A stretch of 63,694 nt of DNA, the filler included, from Welwitschia mirabilis (taxonomy: Eukaryota), in NCBI GenBank assembly GCA_051453625.1. It is 8 parts of one record of this genome, joined end to end, with 100 filler letters (N's around TTAATTAATTAA, not from the genome) between each part and the next. Parts side by side here need not be neighbours in the genome. Positions count along the whole stretch, not along the records: positions 1 to 28,492 come from JBOZIK010000001.1; 7 more parts are not named here. One strand, 5' to 3'. This document shows positions 13,025 to 27,600 of this stretch, in pieces (position 1 is the stretch's first letter; the number at the start of each line of letters is the position of its first letter). Made by a program: the position numbers and the translations under genes. The notes under the pieces were generated by a model, which saw nothing but the letters and a program-made list of their open reading frames with translations, did no database searches and was not told the origin of the DNA.

Positions 13025-16000
13025 AGTTTTATGAAAATCTACATAGGTTGATCAAGTTCATATCTCATGTTAAATATGTTTTCCTGATAAAAGACTTATA
13101 TTACCTTGAAGACTTCTATGTTAAAAGTTTACAAAAAAATAAAATAGCTATTGTGCATCTAACGTTTAATTATTTCTATTTATTGTATAGTAATTACAAG
13201 TTTTAAATGGTCATTTCTCAAGGTCAATAGCTAGAAGTACATAAAAAGATCTAAGGTAATGACTTGATAAACAAATCTAATATACATATGCATGCATGAA
13301 TACATAGGTGATTGGTTTTGTTAATAAATCTTTCAAGCTAACATTTGCAAGGGACTATCAAGTGATTTCTACAATGTTGTATCATTTTAATCTTTGACAC
13401 TTATGGGTAATGAAAATAAGAAGGAATTCAATCTCTTCATCAAAGACACATCATATCAAGCTTCTTTTTTTGTTTATTCTCATTATTTACTAGAATAAAA
13501 TTGTAGAACTATTATATTTTTAAATAATCTTATTATAGTCCATCTCTTATATCAAATTTGAGGATCTCTTACTAAGGTTTCATATTATAAGGTAATCCCT
13601 ATATGAGTGTGATTTTGTGATTACTTGTGAGCACATTTTGTTATTACATTATTGGATACCTTGAAGGGAAGAGAATATTGCCTTGAGAGAAGAATCTCAA
13701 AATTGTGTTAGTACTTGTGAGCACATTTTTGTTATTGTGTTGTTGAATATCCTTCAGGGGAAGAGAGTGCCATTTTGATGGAAGTATTTCATTATATATG
13801 TAAGGTTAGTGGTGCTCTAAAACCACTATTTTTGCAAGATAATCCAGAGGTATGAGATGAAGCTACCCTCTTTATGTGGATGCACCCAACTTAGGAAACT
13901 AGTTATTCTAGTAAAGTGTTCATTATATAGTTTTTAGTTTGTATTTGATGGAATTTATTTTTGTGAATCTTATTCACCCCTCCTCTTTGAGTTTAAAAAT
14001 ATTTAAGTGGTATTAGAGTAGGTACTCAGGAAAAGAAGTAACTAATTATGCTTATTAAAAGATGAGAATACAAGTGTACTTACAGTCTTATGAGTTTTAG
14101 GTTTGATAAAGTACTAATGATAAACATCTAGAACTTATAAAAATCAAATAGATGCTGTAGGAAATACCATCATACAAATCAAGCCTAAAACAGACTTAAA
14201 AAATAAAGAAAAGATATCCTTCATATATGTCTCAAAAGCTAAGAATGCCCTCTACTCAGATTTTACAATGAAGGAATTCATCATAGTAGTTAAATGAAAA
14301 ATGACATCAAGCAATCATAACTCCTTGTTTAGACAAATTAGTTTGAAACTATCAATATGAGCAATGGTAAGAGAGTTTATGAATACTTCACAAGAGTTTT
14401 CAACATTGTAAATGCTATACATGACATTGGTAAAAATATTTCTGAGGAAAAGGCAATATAAAAGTTTTTCAGATTCTTAACTCCAGAATATAAAGCCATG
14501 AAAGAATTAAGAGATTTCAACTCAATGAAGATTGAAGAATTACAAAGTGCTCTAATAGCTTAGGAAATGAATCTCATCCAAGATAGAAGTTTAAAAGAGA
14601 AGCCCCATTGCTCTTAAAGCTAGTNNNNNNNNNNNNNNNNNNNNNNNNNNNNNNNNNNNNNNNNNNNNNNNNNNNNNNNNNNNNNNNNNNNNNNNNNNNN
14701 NNNNNNNNNNNNNNNNNNNNNNNNNNNNNNNNNNNNNNNNNNNNNNNNNNNNNNNNNNNNNNNNNNNNNNNNNNNNNNNNNNNNNNNNNNNNNNNNNNNN
14801 NNNNNNNNNNNNNNNNNNNNNNNNNNNNNNNNNNNNNNNNNNNNNNNNNNNNNNNNNNNNNNNNNNNNNNNNNNNNNNNNNNNNNNNNNNNNNNNNNNNN
14901 NNNNNNNNNNNNNNNNNNNNNNNNNNNNNNNNNNNNNNNNNNNNNNNNNNNNNNNNNNNNNNNNNNNNNNNNNNNNNNNNNNNNNNNNNNNNNNNNNNNN
15001 NNNNNNNNNNNNNNNNNNNNNNNNNNNNNNNNNNNNNNNNNNNNNNNNNNNNNNNNNNNNNNNNNNNNNNNNNNNNNNNNNNNNNNNNNNNNNNNNNNNN
15101 NNNNNNNNNNNNNNNNNNNNNNNNNNNNNNNNNNNNNNNNNNNNNNNNNNNNNNNNNNNNNNNNNNNNNNNNNNNNNNNNNNNNNNNNNNNNNNNNNNNN
15201 NNNNNNNNNNNNNNNNNNNNNNNNNNNNNNNNNNNNNNNNNNNNNNNNNNNNNNNNNNNNNNNNNNNNNNNNNNNNNNNNNNNNNNNNNNNNNNNNNNNN
15301 NNNNNNNNNNNNNNNNNNNNNNNNNNNNNNNNNNNNNNNNAAGATAAGCACCATTGCTATTAAAGATAGTAAAAGTATAAGACGATGTTTAAAAGAAAAA
15401 ATAAAGAAAGGATTATAATGAGATGACTCTTAAGATCATGTGGATGAAGAACTTACTCTCATCATAAGGAGAGTAAAAAAAACTTCTCTTATGTAATAAT
15501 AACAAAGAGGAAAACTACAAAAAGTTATCTAGATTTTAATATAAAGGTAAGCCTAAAGGTAAAACATTTACTAGTACTTCATTTTCTTTCAAGTATAATA
15601 TTTCTAAGTTAGAATGCTAGGTTTGAAGAGGAAGAGGACACATGGCCTCATAATATTCTAGTTCTAATAGAATGTAAGCAAAAGGATAAAAGGAAGAGCT
15701 CTAGAAAAGGAAATCCTTCTTCATAGGACAAAATGATGATGGAGATGCAACTAAGATAAAAACATTTGATGATCAAAAGTTCATCCTTCCTACATGATCA
15801 TTGTACATAAAAAAAATGAAAATGATGGAAAAAAAAGAAGAATCTAAATTAGATAATGAAGGTGAAATGATATGGATATTCAAGATAAGTATTATTTAAT
15901 TTCTAAAGAACTCATTAAGTTATAAAAGGTATGTGCTAAAATAAAAAAATTATTTCATCTTGGTGAATTAGCATATGAATAAGAAAAAGGTTTTTGCAAT

Positions 16001-18502
16001 AGGTTATCATTTGAAAACTTAGCTCTTAAAGCTAAGGTTAGTAAAATAATGGGTGAATTAAATCACGTTAGACAGAAACTTTCTAAAAAAGAATTAATGA
16101 GAATTTTAGCCAAGAAAAGGAGACATTAAGAATTATGCTTGGATAATGCAGAAGTCCAACTGATAAGAGTGGTTTGGATCATAATGAAGCCTCTAATAGT
16201 ACTTTAGTCTCCTTGTTCAACAAATGGAACTACAAGAAAAGGTATGAGCATTTAGTATATATAAATAATATTATCTATTATTACTACTATAAATGAAATC
16301 ATTATCAATTTGATTATCTAATAAACTTCAAAAATAGATATTAGACTAACAATGTCAAAAGGCCAAAAAGTAAAATACAATGTTTTTTGCAAGCTAAACT
16401 AAAGAAAATATGGTTTTCAAAATCAAGACTAGCCTTATTAGCATAAATAGCACTATTAGCAATAAAGAAATATGCCTAGTACATTGATAGTAGGTGTTTA
16501 AGGCATATGACTATAGAAAAATCTAGCTTTACCACCTTAGTATAACAAGACAAAGAAGTAGTTACCTTTGAAGATAACATGGAAGCATCTATTAGAGGTA
16601 TCAGAATCATTAGAGGAAGTAATATACCTTAGGTAAATTACTTTTTTTTATAGAATGTTTATGACATAATCTTTTAAGTGCTAGTCAATTATGCAATGCA
16701 AACTTTTTTGTTATTTTTACCCAAGATGACTACATTATTAAAGAACATAATTTAACTAAAGTCTTATTTGCTGATATTAAAAAAGCAAATGTCTATATCA
16801 CTACTATATAATATATTTCTAACAAGGAAACCAAGTGTCTATTAAATATTATAGGTAAAATGAAGCTATGGCATAGGAAGCTTGAACATGTAATCAAAGA
16901 CCTACTAAAAATCTTGTCCATAAGAGAAATGGTAATAGGACTTTCTTAGATGAAAAGCATTAATAATTAAGTTTGTAAAGCATGTTAAAAAGAAAAGAAA
17001 ACAAGCATAACATTTGATAATAAAAATAATATTACAACTAAATATTCTTTAAATCTTTGGCATCTTACATTATTGGTCTATTTCCTATAGAAAGTCTTGG
17101 TAAGTAGTTGGTGATTACTCTCATTTTACATGGGTATATTCCTTACACACATGGATGAGGCATTTAATTTTTTCTCTATGTTGTATATTAGGTTACAAAA
17201 ACAAAAGCGATATAAGATCAAGATGATAAAAAGTAATAGTGGTACTGAATTTAGAAATCAAAATTTAAAGATTTTTGTAAATAGTTTGGAATTGTTCATA
17301 AATTCTTTACACTAAGAACTCCTCAAAAAAATAGAGTACTAAAAGAAATAATAGGGTATTTAATAAAATAGAAAAACAATGATACATGATAAATAGGTTC
17401 CTTATCATTTTTGGACAAAAACCATCAATACTACTTACTACATTTCACATCGAGTTCTATTAAGATGATTTACTTCTAAAACTTTATATGAACTATGGTC
17501 TAGTAAGAAACCATCTATAAGTTATTTTCATATATTTGGTTTAAAATGTTTTATCTTAAATGAAAATAATAAATTAAGAAGATTCAATTCCAAAGTTGAT
17601 AATAGAATTTTTTTCTTTTTTAAGGATATTCTATAGTCAGTAAAGCCTACTGAGTGCTCAACAATAGAACTCATGTAGTGGAGAAAATCATAAACATTAA
17701 AATAGGTGATACTGAGTCAACTTCTGTTCTTATGCAATATGACTATATTCATATATAGATTGATCAATCATTGAGCCATCTTCAAGTTTAATCAGATAGT
17801 GGAAAAGAGAAAGAAAAATAAATTGATAAAGAAAAACCTTCAAACATGATAAAGCTAAAAAGAAGTTACTCTACAAGTAATATAATTGATAGTTCTTATA
17901 GTGGTATTTAAACACTAAGCCATACTAAGGAATTTTATGGATTTGCAACTTATATTTCATAGGTTTAACCCAAAAATTTCAATAAAGCTAAGAGTTATGA
18001 ACATTAGATGCTAGTGATTTAAGAGAAGCTTAATTAGTTTGAAAGATGTGATGTTTGGAAACTCACTTTAAGACCATCAAATAAATCTATTATTGGCACA
18101 AAGTGGCTTTTTAGAAATAAAATAGATGAAAATGATAATATGATAAAAAATAAAGTAAGACTAATAGCCAAAGGATACAATTAACAAGAAGGCATAGACT
18201 ATGAAGAAACCTTTACACCAGTAGCATGTATGGAGTCAATAAGAATGCTTTTATTCTTCACTTATATTAAAGGATTTAAACCCTATCAAATGGATATCTA
18301 AAGTGCCTTTTTAAATGGAGTACTTCAAGAGGAAGTGTATGTTGAGAAACCTAAAGGATTTACAAATTTTGATAAATCAAACTATGTTTATAAATTGAAA
18401 AATGTCTTTATAGTCTTAAGTAATCACCTAGAGCTTGGTACAAAAAATTATTTGACCATCTAATAGACAATGGATTCTAAAGAGGTATATCTGATGTTAT
18501 AT
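13025..18502 (+). mobile_element. Ty1/copia Sirevirus-like element C (partial 5' LTR, PBS, gag, protease, integrase, RT interrupted), very degenerate
   Basis: LTR end TATTCACCCCTCCTCT (~13971); decayed tRNA-Met PBS TGGTATTAGAG at 14008-14018; protease YIDSRCLRHMT at ~16480; integrase 17130-17315; RT (GIDYEETFTPVA, AFLNG) cut off at 18502. Confidence 0.85.
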
Positions 18503-21500
18503 TGTATTGCAGTTTGTATTTGTGCAAATATTATAATCCTAAGAAGATCCTGTTATTTACAAATAAATATAGATTTTGCATAATACAATACACTAACATA
18601 GACAAGAGTGAATCCAAATGTTGTATTATCATTAAAGGGATAGGCTAGAAGAGTGAGAATTGATTTCAAGATGAAACACTTATGTACTTTAATAGTAAAA
18701 ATAGAATGAAATGTAAAAAAAGACAATGCAAACATACTTATGCAAAGTTAATCTAGGAAAAAGGATAATTCACCTAAACTATTCAATCTTAACAAAGGTT
18801 GTTCTCATAATCTATATCACTAAAGAAGTTGTCACAAAATTAGAAGAAACATGAACTATAAGGGATAAGTACATAATAAGCATAAAAAAATAGAAAAGAG
18901 ATCTTGAATTAGTTTTGAACCAATATCCACGTTACAAAGTAGCCACACCTCAATAGAGGAAGCATNNNNNNNNNNNNNNNNNNNNNNNNNNNNNNNNNNN
19001 NNNNNNNNNNNNNNNNNNNNNNNNNNNNNNNNNNNNNNNNNNNNNNNNNNNNNNNNNNNNNNNNNNNNNNNNNNNNNNNNNNNNNNNNNNNNNNNNNNNN
19101 NNNNNNNNNNNNNNNNNNNNNNNNNNNNNNNNNNNNNNNNNNNNNNNNNNNNNNNNNNNNNNNNNNNNNNNNNNNNNNNNNNNNNNNNNNNNNNNNNNNN
19201 NNNNNNNNNNNNNNNNNNNNNNNNNNNNNNNNNNNNNNNNNNNNNNNNNNNNNNNNNNNNNNNNNNNNNNNNNNNNNNNNNNNNNNNNNNNNNNNNNNNN
19301 NNNNNNNNNNNNNNNNNNNNNNNNNNNNNNNNNNNNNNNNNNNNNNNNNNNNNNNNNNNNNNNNNNNNNNNNNNNNNNNNNNNNNNNNNNNNNNNNNNNN
19401 NNNNNNNNNNNNNNNNNNNNNNNNNNNNNNNNNNNNNNNNNNNNNNNNNNNNNNNNNNNNNNNNNNNNNNNNNNNNNNNNNNNNNNNNNNNNNNNNNNNN
19501 NNNNNNNNNNNNNNNNNNNNNNNNNNNNNNNNNNNNNNNNNNNNNNNNNNNNNNNNNNNNNNNNNNNNNNNNNNNNNNNNNNNNNNNNNNNNNNNNNNNN
19601 NNNNNNNNNNNNNNNNNNNNNNNNNNNNNNNNNNNNNNNNNNNNNNNNNNNNNNNNNNNNNNNNNNNNNNNNNNNNNNNNNNNNNNNNNNNNNNNNNNNN
19701 NNNNNNNNNNNNNNNNNNNNNNNNNNNNNNNNNNNNNNNNNNNNNNNNNNNNNNNNNNNNNNNNNNNNNNNNNNNNNNNNNNNNNNNNNNNNTAAGGAAG
19801 ACATATTTCTACAATTATAATCAATGAATCTCTAGTCCTTTGATCTCCTATTAGGAAAATTTCCAGTGCAGGCGAATACAAGCAGGAGTTTAAGGGTAGA
19901 ATTATTACTTATTGATAAAAACTGACTCACAATCAAATAAGACAAATAAGCATGGGCATTACCCAAATAAAAGTGCAAGAAATATAGAGATAAATGGCTA
20001 AAGTTAGGTGAATTTTAGTAAAGCATTATTTAAGATGTCATCCTGTTAGTTATTTGAATGATATAGGAGATGATGCCACCTTTTAAGAATTCCATGTCAT
20101 CTACCAAAGTGATTCTAGTTAGCTTCCTTATTAGCTTTGTCTATACAGTCATCTAGATGATAAGGTGGATGATAAGCTTTTGATAAGTATCCATGTAATG
20201 CATTAGCCTTAATGTTTGCAAGAATTTTACTTCAAAATAGGAAGTATTGTAAAGTACTTTAAATGTTATAAAATATCATGAAGATTGCATGTTTTTATAT
20301 CTTTCATCTAAACTTTCCATTATTATAGAAATCCAACATAAACTTATCTAATGTCCTGCAAAACTACTCAAAATACCTTATCAAATACATGCAAGTTAAT
20401 AGTATAACATAGCCCACCATTTAGCCTTATCAGTTCCTAACAAAACCAGGTGGTTAACCATGATAGCGAACCAACTTGTCCAATAATAAAAATAACTAAG
20501 TCATTGAAAAATCATCTCAAAAAAAATTTTAGAAATCTTAGAAATATAGATTGAATTGTGTAAAAATAGAAAACTAAACATTTCATCTGTTTTGAGTTAC
20601 TGGCCATACCATCATCTGGGTCATTGCCCGAAGGATGGGGGGATGATAGTCTCAAAAATTACTTTTGAAAGACAAAAAGGTTATGACAAAAATTTTTAGT
20701 TAGACAATCAATAAATATACTAATAATGAAAATGCCTCCACTAAAATGTACAATAAATAAGTAAAATAATCATGGCAAGTATAATCAATCCTCATTGTGA
20801 AATGTGAAAAGAAAGATAAGCATGAAGATCAACTAAAAGTATACCATGCTAAACTTAAAATGAGATGTGTATAAGTATAATCATGAGTTTTAAGTATAAA
20901 AATGTATAGAGGAAAAGATATGAAATATGATAAAAAATCAGTCCCCTCAACACCGCATGATAAGCTTAGTATGGGCAAGAGGCTTAGGTGTAGGAGGAGA
21001 AGATGAAGGATGCTCAGGATCTGTAAGGAAACAGAGATTTAATGATGTAGAAATGGAGTGAACTGTCTCGTCTTCCTATACCCGGATTGCCTCTAGAGGT
21101 TAGTTATCACCCTTTACTCTATGGATATAACACACTAATGTATGTCAACTACCTACTCCTCTGAGTGCTAGACTCTCTTATTAACCATTTGAATCCTTTG
21201 ATCTAATGTCTAGATCCTCTAATCAAGTGTCTAAATACCTCAATNNNNNNNNNNNNNNNNNNNNNNNNNNNNNNNNNNNNNNNNNNNNNNNNNNNNNNNN
21301 NNNNNNNNNNNNNNNNNNNNNNNNNNNNNNNNNNNNNNNNNNNNNNNNNNNNNNNNNNNNNNNNNNNNNNNNNNNNNNNNNNNNNNNNNNNNNNNNNNNN
21401 NNNNNNNNNNNNNNNNNNNNNNNNNNNNNNNNNNNNNNNNNNNNNNNNNNNNNNNNNNNNNNNNNNNNNNNNNNNNNNNNNNNNNNNNNNNNNNNNNNNN

Positions 21501-23493
21501 NNNNNNNNNNNNNNNNNNNNNNNNNNNNNNNNNNNNNNNNNNNNNNNNNNNNNNNNNNNNNNNNNNNNNNNNNNNNNNNNNNNNNNNNNNNNNNNNNNNN
21601 NNNNNNNNNNNNNNNNNNNNNNNNNNNNNNNNNNNNNNNNNNNNNNNNNNNNNNNNNNNNNNNNNNNNNNNNNNNNNNNNNNNNNNNNNNNNNNNNNNNN
21701 NNNNNNNNNNNNNNNNNNNNNNNNNNNNNNNNNNNNNNNNNNNNNNNNNNNNNNNNNNNNNNNNNNNNNNNNNNNNNNNNNNNNNNNNNNNNNNNNNNNN
21801 NNNNNNNNNNNNNNNNNNNNNNNNNNNNNNNNNNNNNNNNNNNNNNNNNNNNNNNNNNNNNNNNNNNNNNNNNNNNNNNNNNNNNNNNNNNNNNNNNNNN
21901 NNNNNNNNNNNNNNNNNNNNNNNNNNNNNNNNNNNNNNNNNNNNNNNNNNNNNNNNNNNNNNNNNNNNNNNNNNNNNNNNNNNNNNNNNNNNNNNNNNNN
22001 NNNNNNNNNNNNNNNNNNNNNNNNNNNNNNNNNNNNNNNNNNNNNNNNNNNNNNNNNNNNNNNNNNNNNNNNNNNNNNNNNNNNNNNNNNNNNNNNNNNN
22101 NNNNNNNNNNNNNNNNNNNNNNNNNNNNNNNNACCTCAATTAATGAAACCCCTAATGGTTTCAGTGGTCTCTGCTAGAAGGGGCTAGATCCACTCTAATG
22201 TAACTCCAACCACAGGTCTCTGAACCCAAGTTCTCTCTATCTCTCCTAGTATCTGTATGTCCAAATCCTAAAGATAGCAAGCAAAAGTTTGAATATGTAT
22301 AAGGAACTATTCATCCATGAGATCTGGTATCTCAAATCATTGAAACATAGCTAAGAGTTAGCATAGATACCTCAAAGGCTGTAGCTATCATGCCTCGATT
22401 ATAGACCTAAGTCTCCTCCAAATAAAAGTTGATAAATTCATCTTCTTACCTAGCCTGAATGCTACCAATATCTAAAGGTATATGACCATGATGTAGCTAT
22501 TATGAAAGGATGGACTGATGATGTGAATTAATCCTTTATGTAAAACTATGTAGGTAAGGGTCAACTGAATCATAAGAACACCCCACCTATCCAACACCAA
22601 CTCCACTGAAATATCCAATGTTGTGCCATATGTACAATGCTTCTCTGTTGCTTTGGTAGAATAAATATGTAAGCTCCTAAGACCACATAGATCTGTAACT
22701 GTTGTAATGTGATTTGGGAGCACTGTGATCTCATGGTCCCATATTGATGCTATAATCATATTCACAAGGTAACCATGAGACTAAAATCATTGCTCTATAT
22801 GCATCATGTCAAAAAATTCCCTAGTTTTTGACATGTAATATGTACCATGTGCATCCAAATTCCATCAGAGTTATAGATTAAAGAGCCTCTGATTAACCTC
22901 TGGCTTTAATCTACTCATGAAATATCTAAAGTATTACTCAACATGGATGGTAGTAGTCTGAATCATGAGTGAATGTCCATGTCGAGGCAATGGATGCACA
23001 GGCTCCACATGCTCAACCTCTAATGACATTAATGGATCTACATCTTGCTTTATGGCTTTAGCCCTAGCCTCAGTCTATCTAGCTTTATGCATATAGGAAC
23101 TATTTAGTAAAAAATACCCAAAATTTATGCAAAATCTAATAAACAAAGCTAAATATGTCAAGTGAATGCTCAGAAATGAGCCCTAAAATGGATTAAAAAT
23201 GTAAAAAACTATGAAAATACGTCCTGTATCTCTAAAAGATTTAATATGTTCATATTACCTACTCATAAGGAAAAATTTTCGAAACATGCAAAAAATGGAA
23301 AAATAGGTTTTTAAGTGGGACTCACATAAGGTGAAAATTTAAAGTAATTAAATGAAAAATATAATCTAATAAAATTATAGAACATGACAAACTAATAAAT
23401 TCACCCTAAAGGGATACTACATTTTGACCTATAGTTTGTGAGAAATTGAGTGTGAAAAATAAAAAAATAAATTTTTCTCATAAAACATGTGAT
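18503..23493 (-). mobile_element. Athila-like element B2 (3' LTR ~18503-20409, ORF2 ~20990-23090), inserted in the RT of C
   Basis: The TG terminus interrupts the RT motif GFxRG...D..L. The PPT junction at ~20410-20445 matches B1, and ORF 22472-22765 is homologous to B1 ORF2. Confidence 0.8.
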
Positions 23494-24633
23494 TGTGTTT
23501 TACAATGGGTCAAATGTATCTAAGTTTACACTTAATGTTGTTATTTTCATTGGGATAAATAGGATAGGTTTTTTAGAAATTATACACTAACTTTTAATTA
23601 ATGCAAGTTATAAAATTTAAGAAAAGAAAAGAAAAGGAAGTTGATGATTTTTTTTTGAAACTTTACCTAGAAAGATGGGAAGTAAGAAAGTTCCAAGTAC
23701 CACTTGATTTATTCTCTTGCAATTTCTCACTTGATCATATGTTGCTTAATCTTAAAACAAACTTCAGATAATTAAGTATGAAGGCTCAAGTCATAATGAT
23801 ATAATCTCGTTTATCATTTAAGTGTTGATGAATTTGATTATTATTTAGTTATCATAGGCTTATAATAAAAATGAAAATTACAAACTAACTATTCATAGGA
23901 TTCATAAAATTTCTGAGACTATAGACCAATTAACTTAATTAAATTCATTCATTTGAACTAAATAAAACTTAATACACATTACTACTTAATAATTCCTAAT
24001 ATAAAGTAAATGAAGACTAGCAATTATAAGAAATAAATTCTTAGTATTAAATTAGAAAAGAAAGCACATTACATCAAAGATAAAAGAAAACAAGGAGGAG
24101 TCCTTAAGATTCTTAAAAGCAAGCTCACTTCTTAAGGAAGTGCTTAGAAGTCCATTATAACTTGATACTCCAAGGTTTTATCTTTGCCAAAATGAAAGAT
24201 ATTATAATGAAGGGCATCCTTATATATACAAAGATAGGGGTAGGGGATGGTTAGAAGTCCTTGGCTCATAGTGTTAGGTAGACAATTACATAATTATGGC
24301 ATTAGGTAGGGTAGTTTGTCATATTTTTCATTTGATAGAGATTTTCATAGGGCATCCAACGCTTGGCTCCTAGATGCTACTGCTACTATGAACCACTATT
24401 ATCATCATGTATCTCCATTATCATCTACCTTAAAAATGCCATATATCGCTATGACATTTCATCATCATCACCACCACATGTCATTGAAAATGCAAGTTAC
24501 TTTTGATGTGGAATTTGATCAAGCTTGTAACTGCATTTGTTTTAATTCTCCATGATAAGTAAACAATGTAAGACTTGCACTATTTTATGTGAAGGACTAG
24601 TAGCACTTTTGGAGTGCATATTTTTACATACAC
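23494..24633 (-). repeat. LTR of a second gypsy family (homologous to LTR 44491-45732)
   Basis: Collinear similarity, e.g. AAGAAAAGAAAAGGAAG...TAGAAAGATGGGAAG vs AAGAAAAGAAAAGAAG...TAGAAAGGAGGGAAG. No TSD recognised. Confidence 0.65.
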
Positions 24634-24639
24634 ACTCTA

Positions 24640-27600
24640 GTACGAATGGGAGTGACACAAATGTCATAACCCATTAAAGACTTATGAGAGAAGAATAAGG
24701 ATTGATTTTCCAAAATAATATGGTAACCAAAATTGAAAAATAATGAAAAAAATAAAGATGTAATGCAAATGTGAATGCAATTAAATCTAAATGAAATGTG
24801 AAATAAACCTTAAGCTACTTTCTTACAATCTTAACAAAGGATACTCTTAAGACCTATATCACTAATGAAATTGTCACCGGATCAAGGACAACATAAACCA
24901 TAAGGGAAATATAACAAAATTAAGATGCATAACTGAAAACAAAGTTTTNNNNNNNNNNNNNNNNNNNNNNNNNNNNNNNNNNNNNNNNNNNNNNNNNGAG
25001 GATGCACAATCCTTCACTAAGGACATGTCTTTCTACAACTTATAGGACAGATCTCCAGCCCTTCGATCTCCTATCATGAGAGTGCTAGTGAAAATGAATA
25101 TTGGAGAGGAGAGTCAAAGGGGTGTTTTATTTATAGGTTTAAGAAATAAAATCAATGCACAAAAGGCACTGCAAAATGCATTCCATTACAAGAAAGAAAA
25201 GGATGAAATGGACAAAGATTGACTGGCAGTAATAAGTGTTGTCTTAACTATCATGGAGAAGACCAAGGGAATGATGATTCATACATTATGATTTTTCATC
25301 CTTCATGTTGTGGGGATGACATGAAGATGATATTCTTCCTTAGCTTCTCAACTCAAAAGAAATTACCTCTAGCATTAGTGATCTTCTTGCAAAGCAGTAA
25401 GCATCAGAAAGTACCTGAAATGCTTATAAATATGCTAAGAATTGCATATTTTAGTAATCATTCATTAACTCTCCAAAATCCTTAGATTTACATCTAAACC
25501 TATATAAATGTCCTATAAAACATCTCATAAAACCCCATCAAATACACACAATTTATTAGTAAATCATAGTCCCTCAATTAGCCTTTGTCAATTCCTGATA
25601 AAAACTAGGTAAACAACTATAATTATAAGCCAAATTATCTTTAAAAAGGTTCAATCTAAAATTATAAAACATGTTCATAAATAATATGAAATACATCACA
25701 TAATAAAATAACATGTAACGCACCATGTGTATGGAGTAAAAATTTCAAAAATTATGTNNNNNNNNNNTCATAAAAACTTTAAAATAACTCAAAAAAGTCT
25801 AAAAATGAACCATAAAAATGAGTCCTGTCCTTCCTCAAGAAAAATAATACATTCCATAGCTGCTAGTGAAGCAAAGAAAGTAGATGAGAATGAGAAGGCA
25901 GATGATGGGTGTTTTTGAATTTGGATAAGTGATGAATAAGCACAAAGCTAAGTATGTAAATGTTAGATTTAAAAAATAGAGATGTATGACAAGTGTGGAA
26001 AGAGTGGATAATGAAAATGTGCTAAGTTGGATAAATCATCTTAAAAAATAATTAAGAGTAGCATTTAAAACTCCAAAAGACTAAAAAAAATCACAAAATT
26101 ATTAAGAAAATTTATCTAAACAAGAAATCAACTCTTTATTGAAAACTGGGTGAGGAAATCATTAAATATTAAGGTCCTAAAATGATAAGAAAATAACTCT
26201 AAAAAAATAACTAAACAATAAAATAAAACAAAAATAATGGACATAAGGCAAAATAAAGAAGATAGCCTACCTACCTAAATTTTAACCTAGAAAACTCCCA
26301 TGAAATAAATCATAACATCACTTGATTTAATAATCTGTGACTTGATGTGTAAAAAATTCTATTCAATAAGGTAGTGATTATAATGATGCTTAAAAAAACC
26401 AAATGCTTGAAATAATAAATGATAAGATCAAAAAGTTACTCAAAAATGAACTTACCTACCTACGTTTCAAAAAAAACACCTAGATTCTTAAAAATAAAAT
26501 GATCATGTGGAAAGAATAAGAATTTAGGAAACAAGCAATACCTCTGATGATGAGGGAGTAAAACCACAATCAGAGAAGTCAAGTTCTGCGAAGCATAGCT
26601 AACTGACCTCCCAGTGAAGTTTCCACAGTTACCATATCATACTAGCAAAGGCTCCTCTCGAGAAAACTTGCCTTGATGTACTTGCAGTAGGACATCATGG
26701 TAATCATGTCTTTGAAATATCTCAAATATAAAACATCATAGTTTTATTTCATATTTTATTTATACAAATAAAACATTCCACATGACCAAACACTCCAAAA
26801 GATAAAGATTAGGTAATACGATAAAAGATAGAAAAGAACATTCTTAAACAATTTAAGATCTTTTTATTATTGAGGAAAAACATAAAAAATAAAGCATCTT
26901 CCTTAAAACTGAAGTTCATAGATGTGTGAATGTCTTAAGATTAGGTGAATCCAATCTTATCATTGTAAAATGCCCAAGTCAAAGATTAGTTATAGAAATA
27001 AATACATAAGCCGTGTTTGAAAGATGATCAAGTGCTATGATAATGATCTCCAAAGGAAAAAGCTAGAAAAATCCAAAAAATGGTAAGGAAGAAGTCCTCC
27101 TCATTGAGGGAAACCTCTAAAGCTAGTGCTTATATCATGTTTATAGTATTAGGTTACTCGTATATTTTTAACCTTTGCTCATTAACTCTCTGAATTTCTT
27201 TAGTGGAGCCATTAGAATGTACTTTTTCAAAAAGGTAAGGACCTAGTCATAGATTAATTTATTGTTTAAAAATCAAAGTTAAAATCATAAAACATAAGCA
27301 CAAAAAAGAAATACCAAAGAAAACTAAAAACAAATTTATTTAAATCTTAAAATCTATTCAACACTTTCATTAAAAAGAAAGAAAAAAAAGATTAGTTTCT
27401 AGGACAATTGTCTTAGGATATTGCATTCTTTTGAAGAAATAACGCCCAAACCAAATATTCACCAATTAATAAAACATAAAAGGTAACATTTTTAAGTAAA
27501 ATCAATTAAAGAAGGGGAGAGTAAAAAGTTAAAACTTTGATATCCCAAATTTCAAAATTCAAATAAGAGATAAAGATGTGATAAATGTCATTGATAAACA

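Noticed and set aside
7176..22177. Long ORFs consisting mostly of X (7176-8051, 14608-15363, 18856-19881, 21206-22177 and similar ones later)
   Set aside because: They are artefacts of translating N runs.
26541..26610. CTGATGA ... CTGA, suggesting a hammerhead ribozyme or C/D snoRNA
   Set aside because: No stem II-GAAA geometry or terminal stem; the motif falls at a deletion junction in Athila-like sequence.
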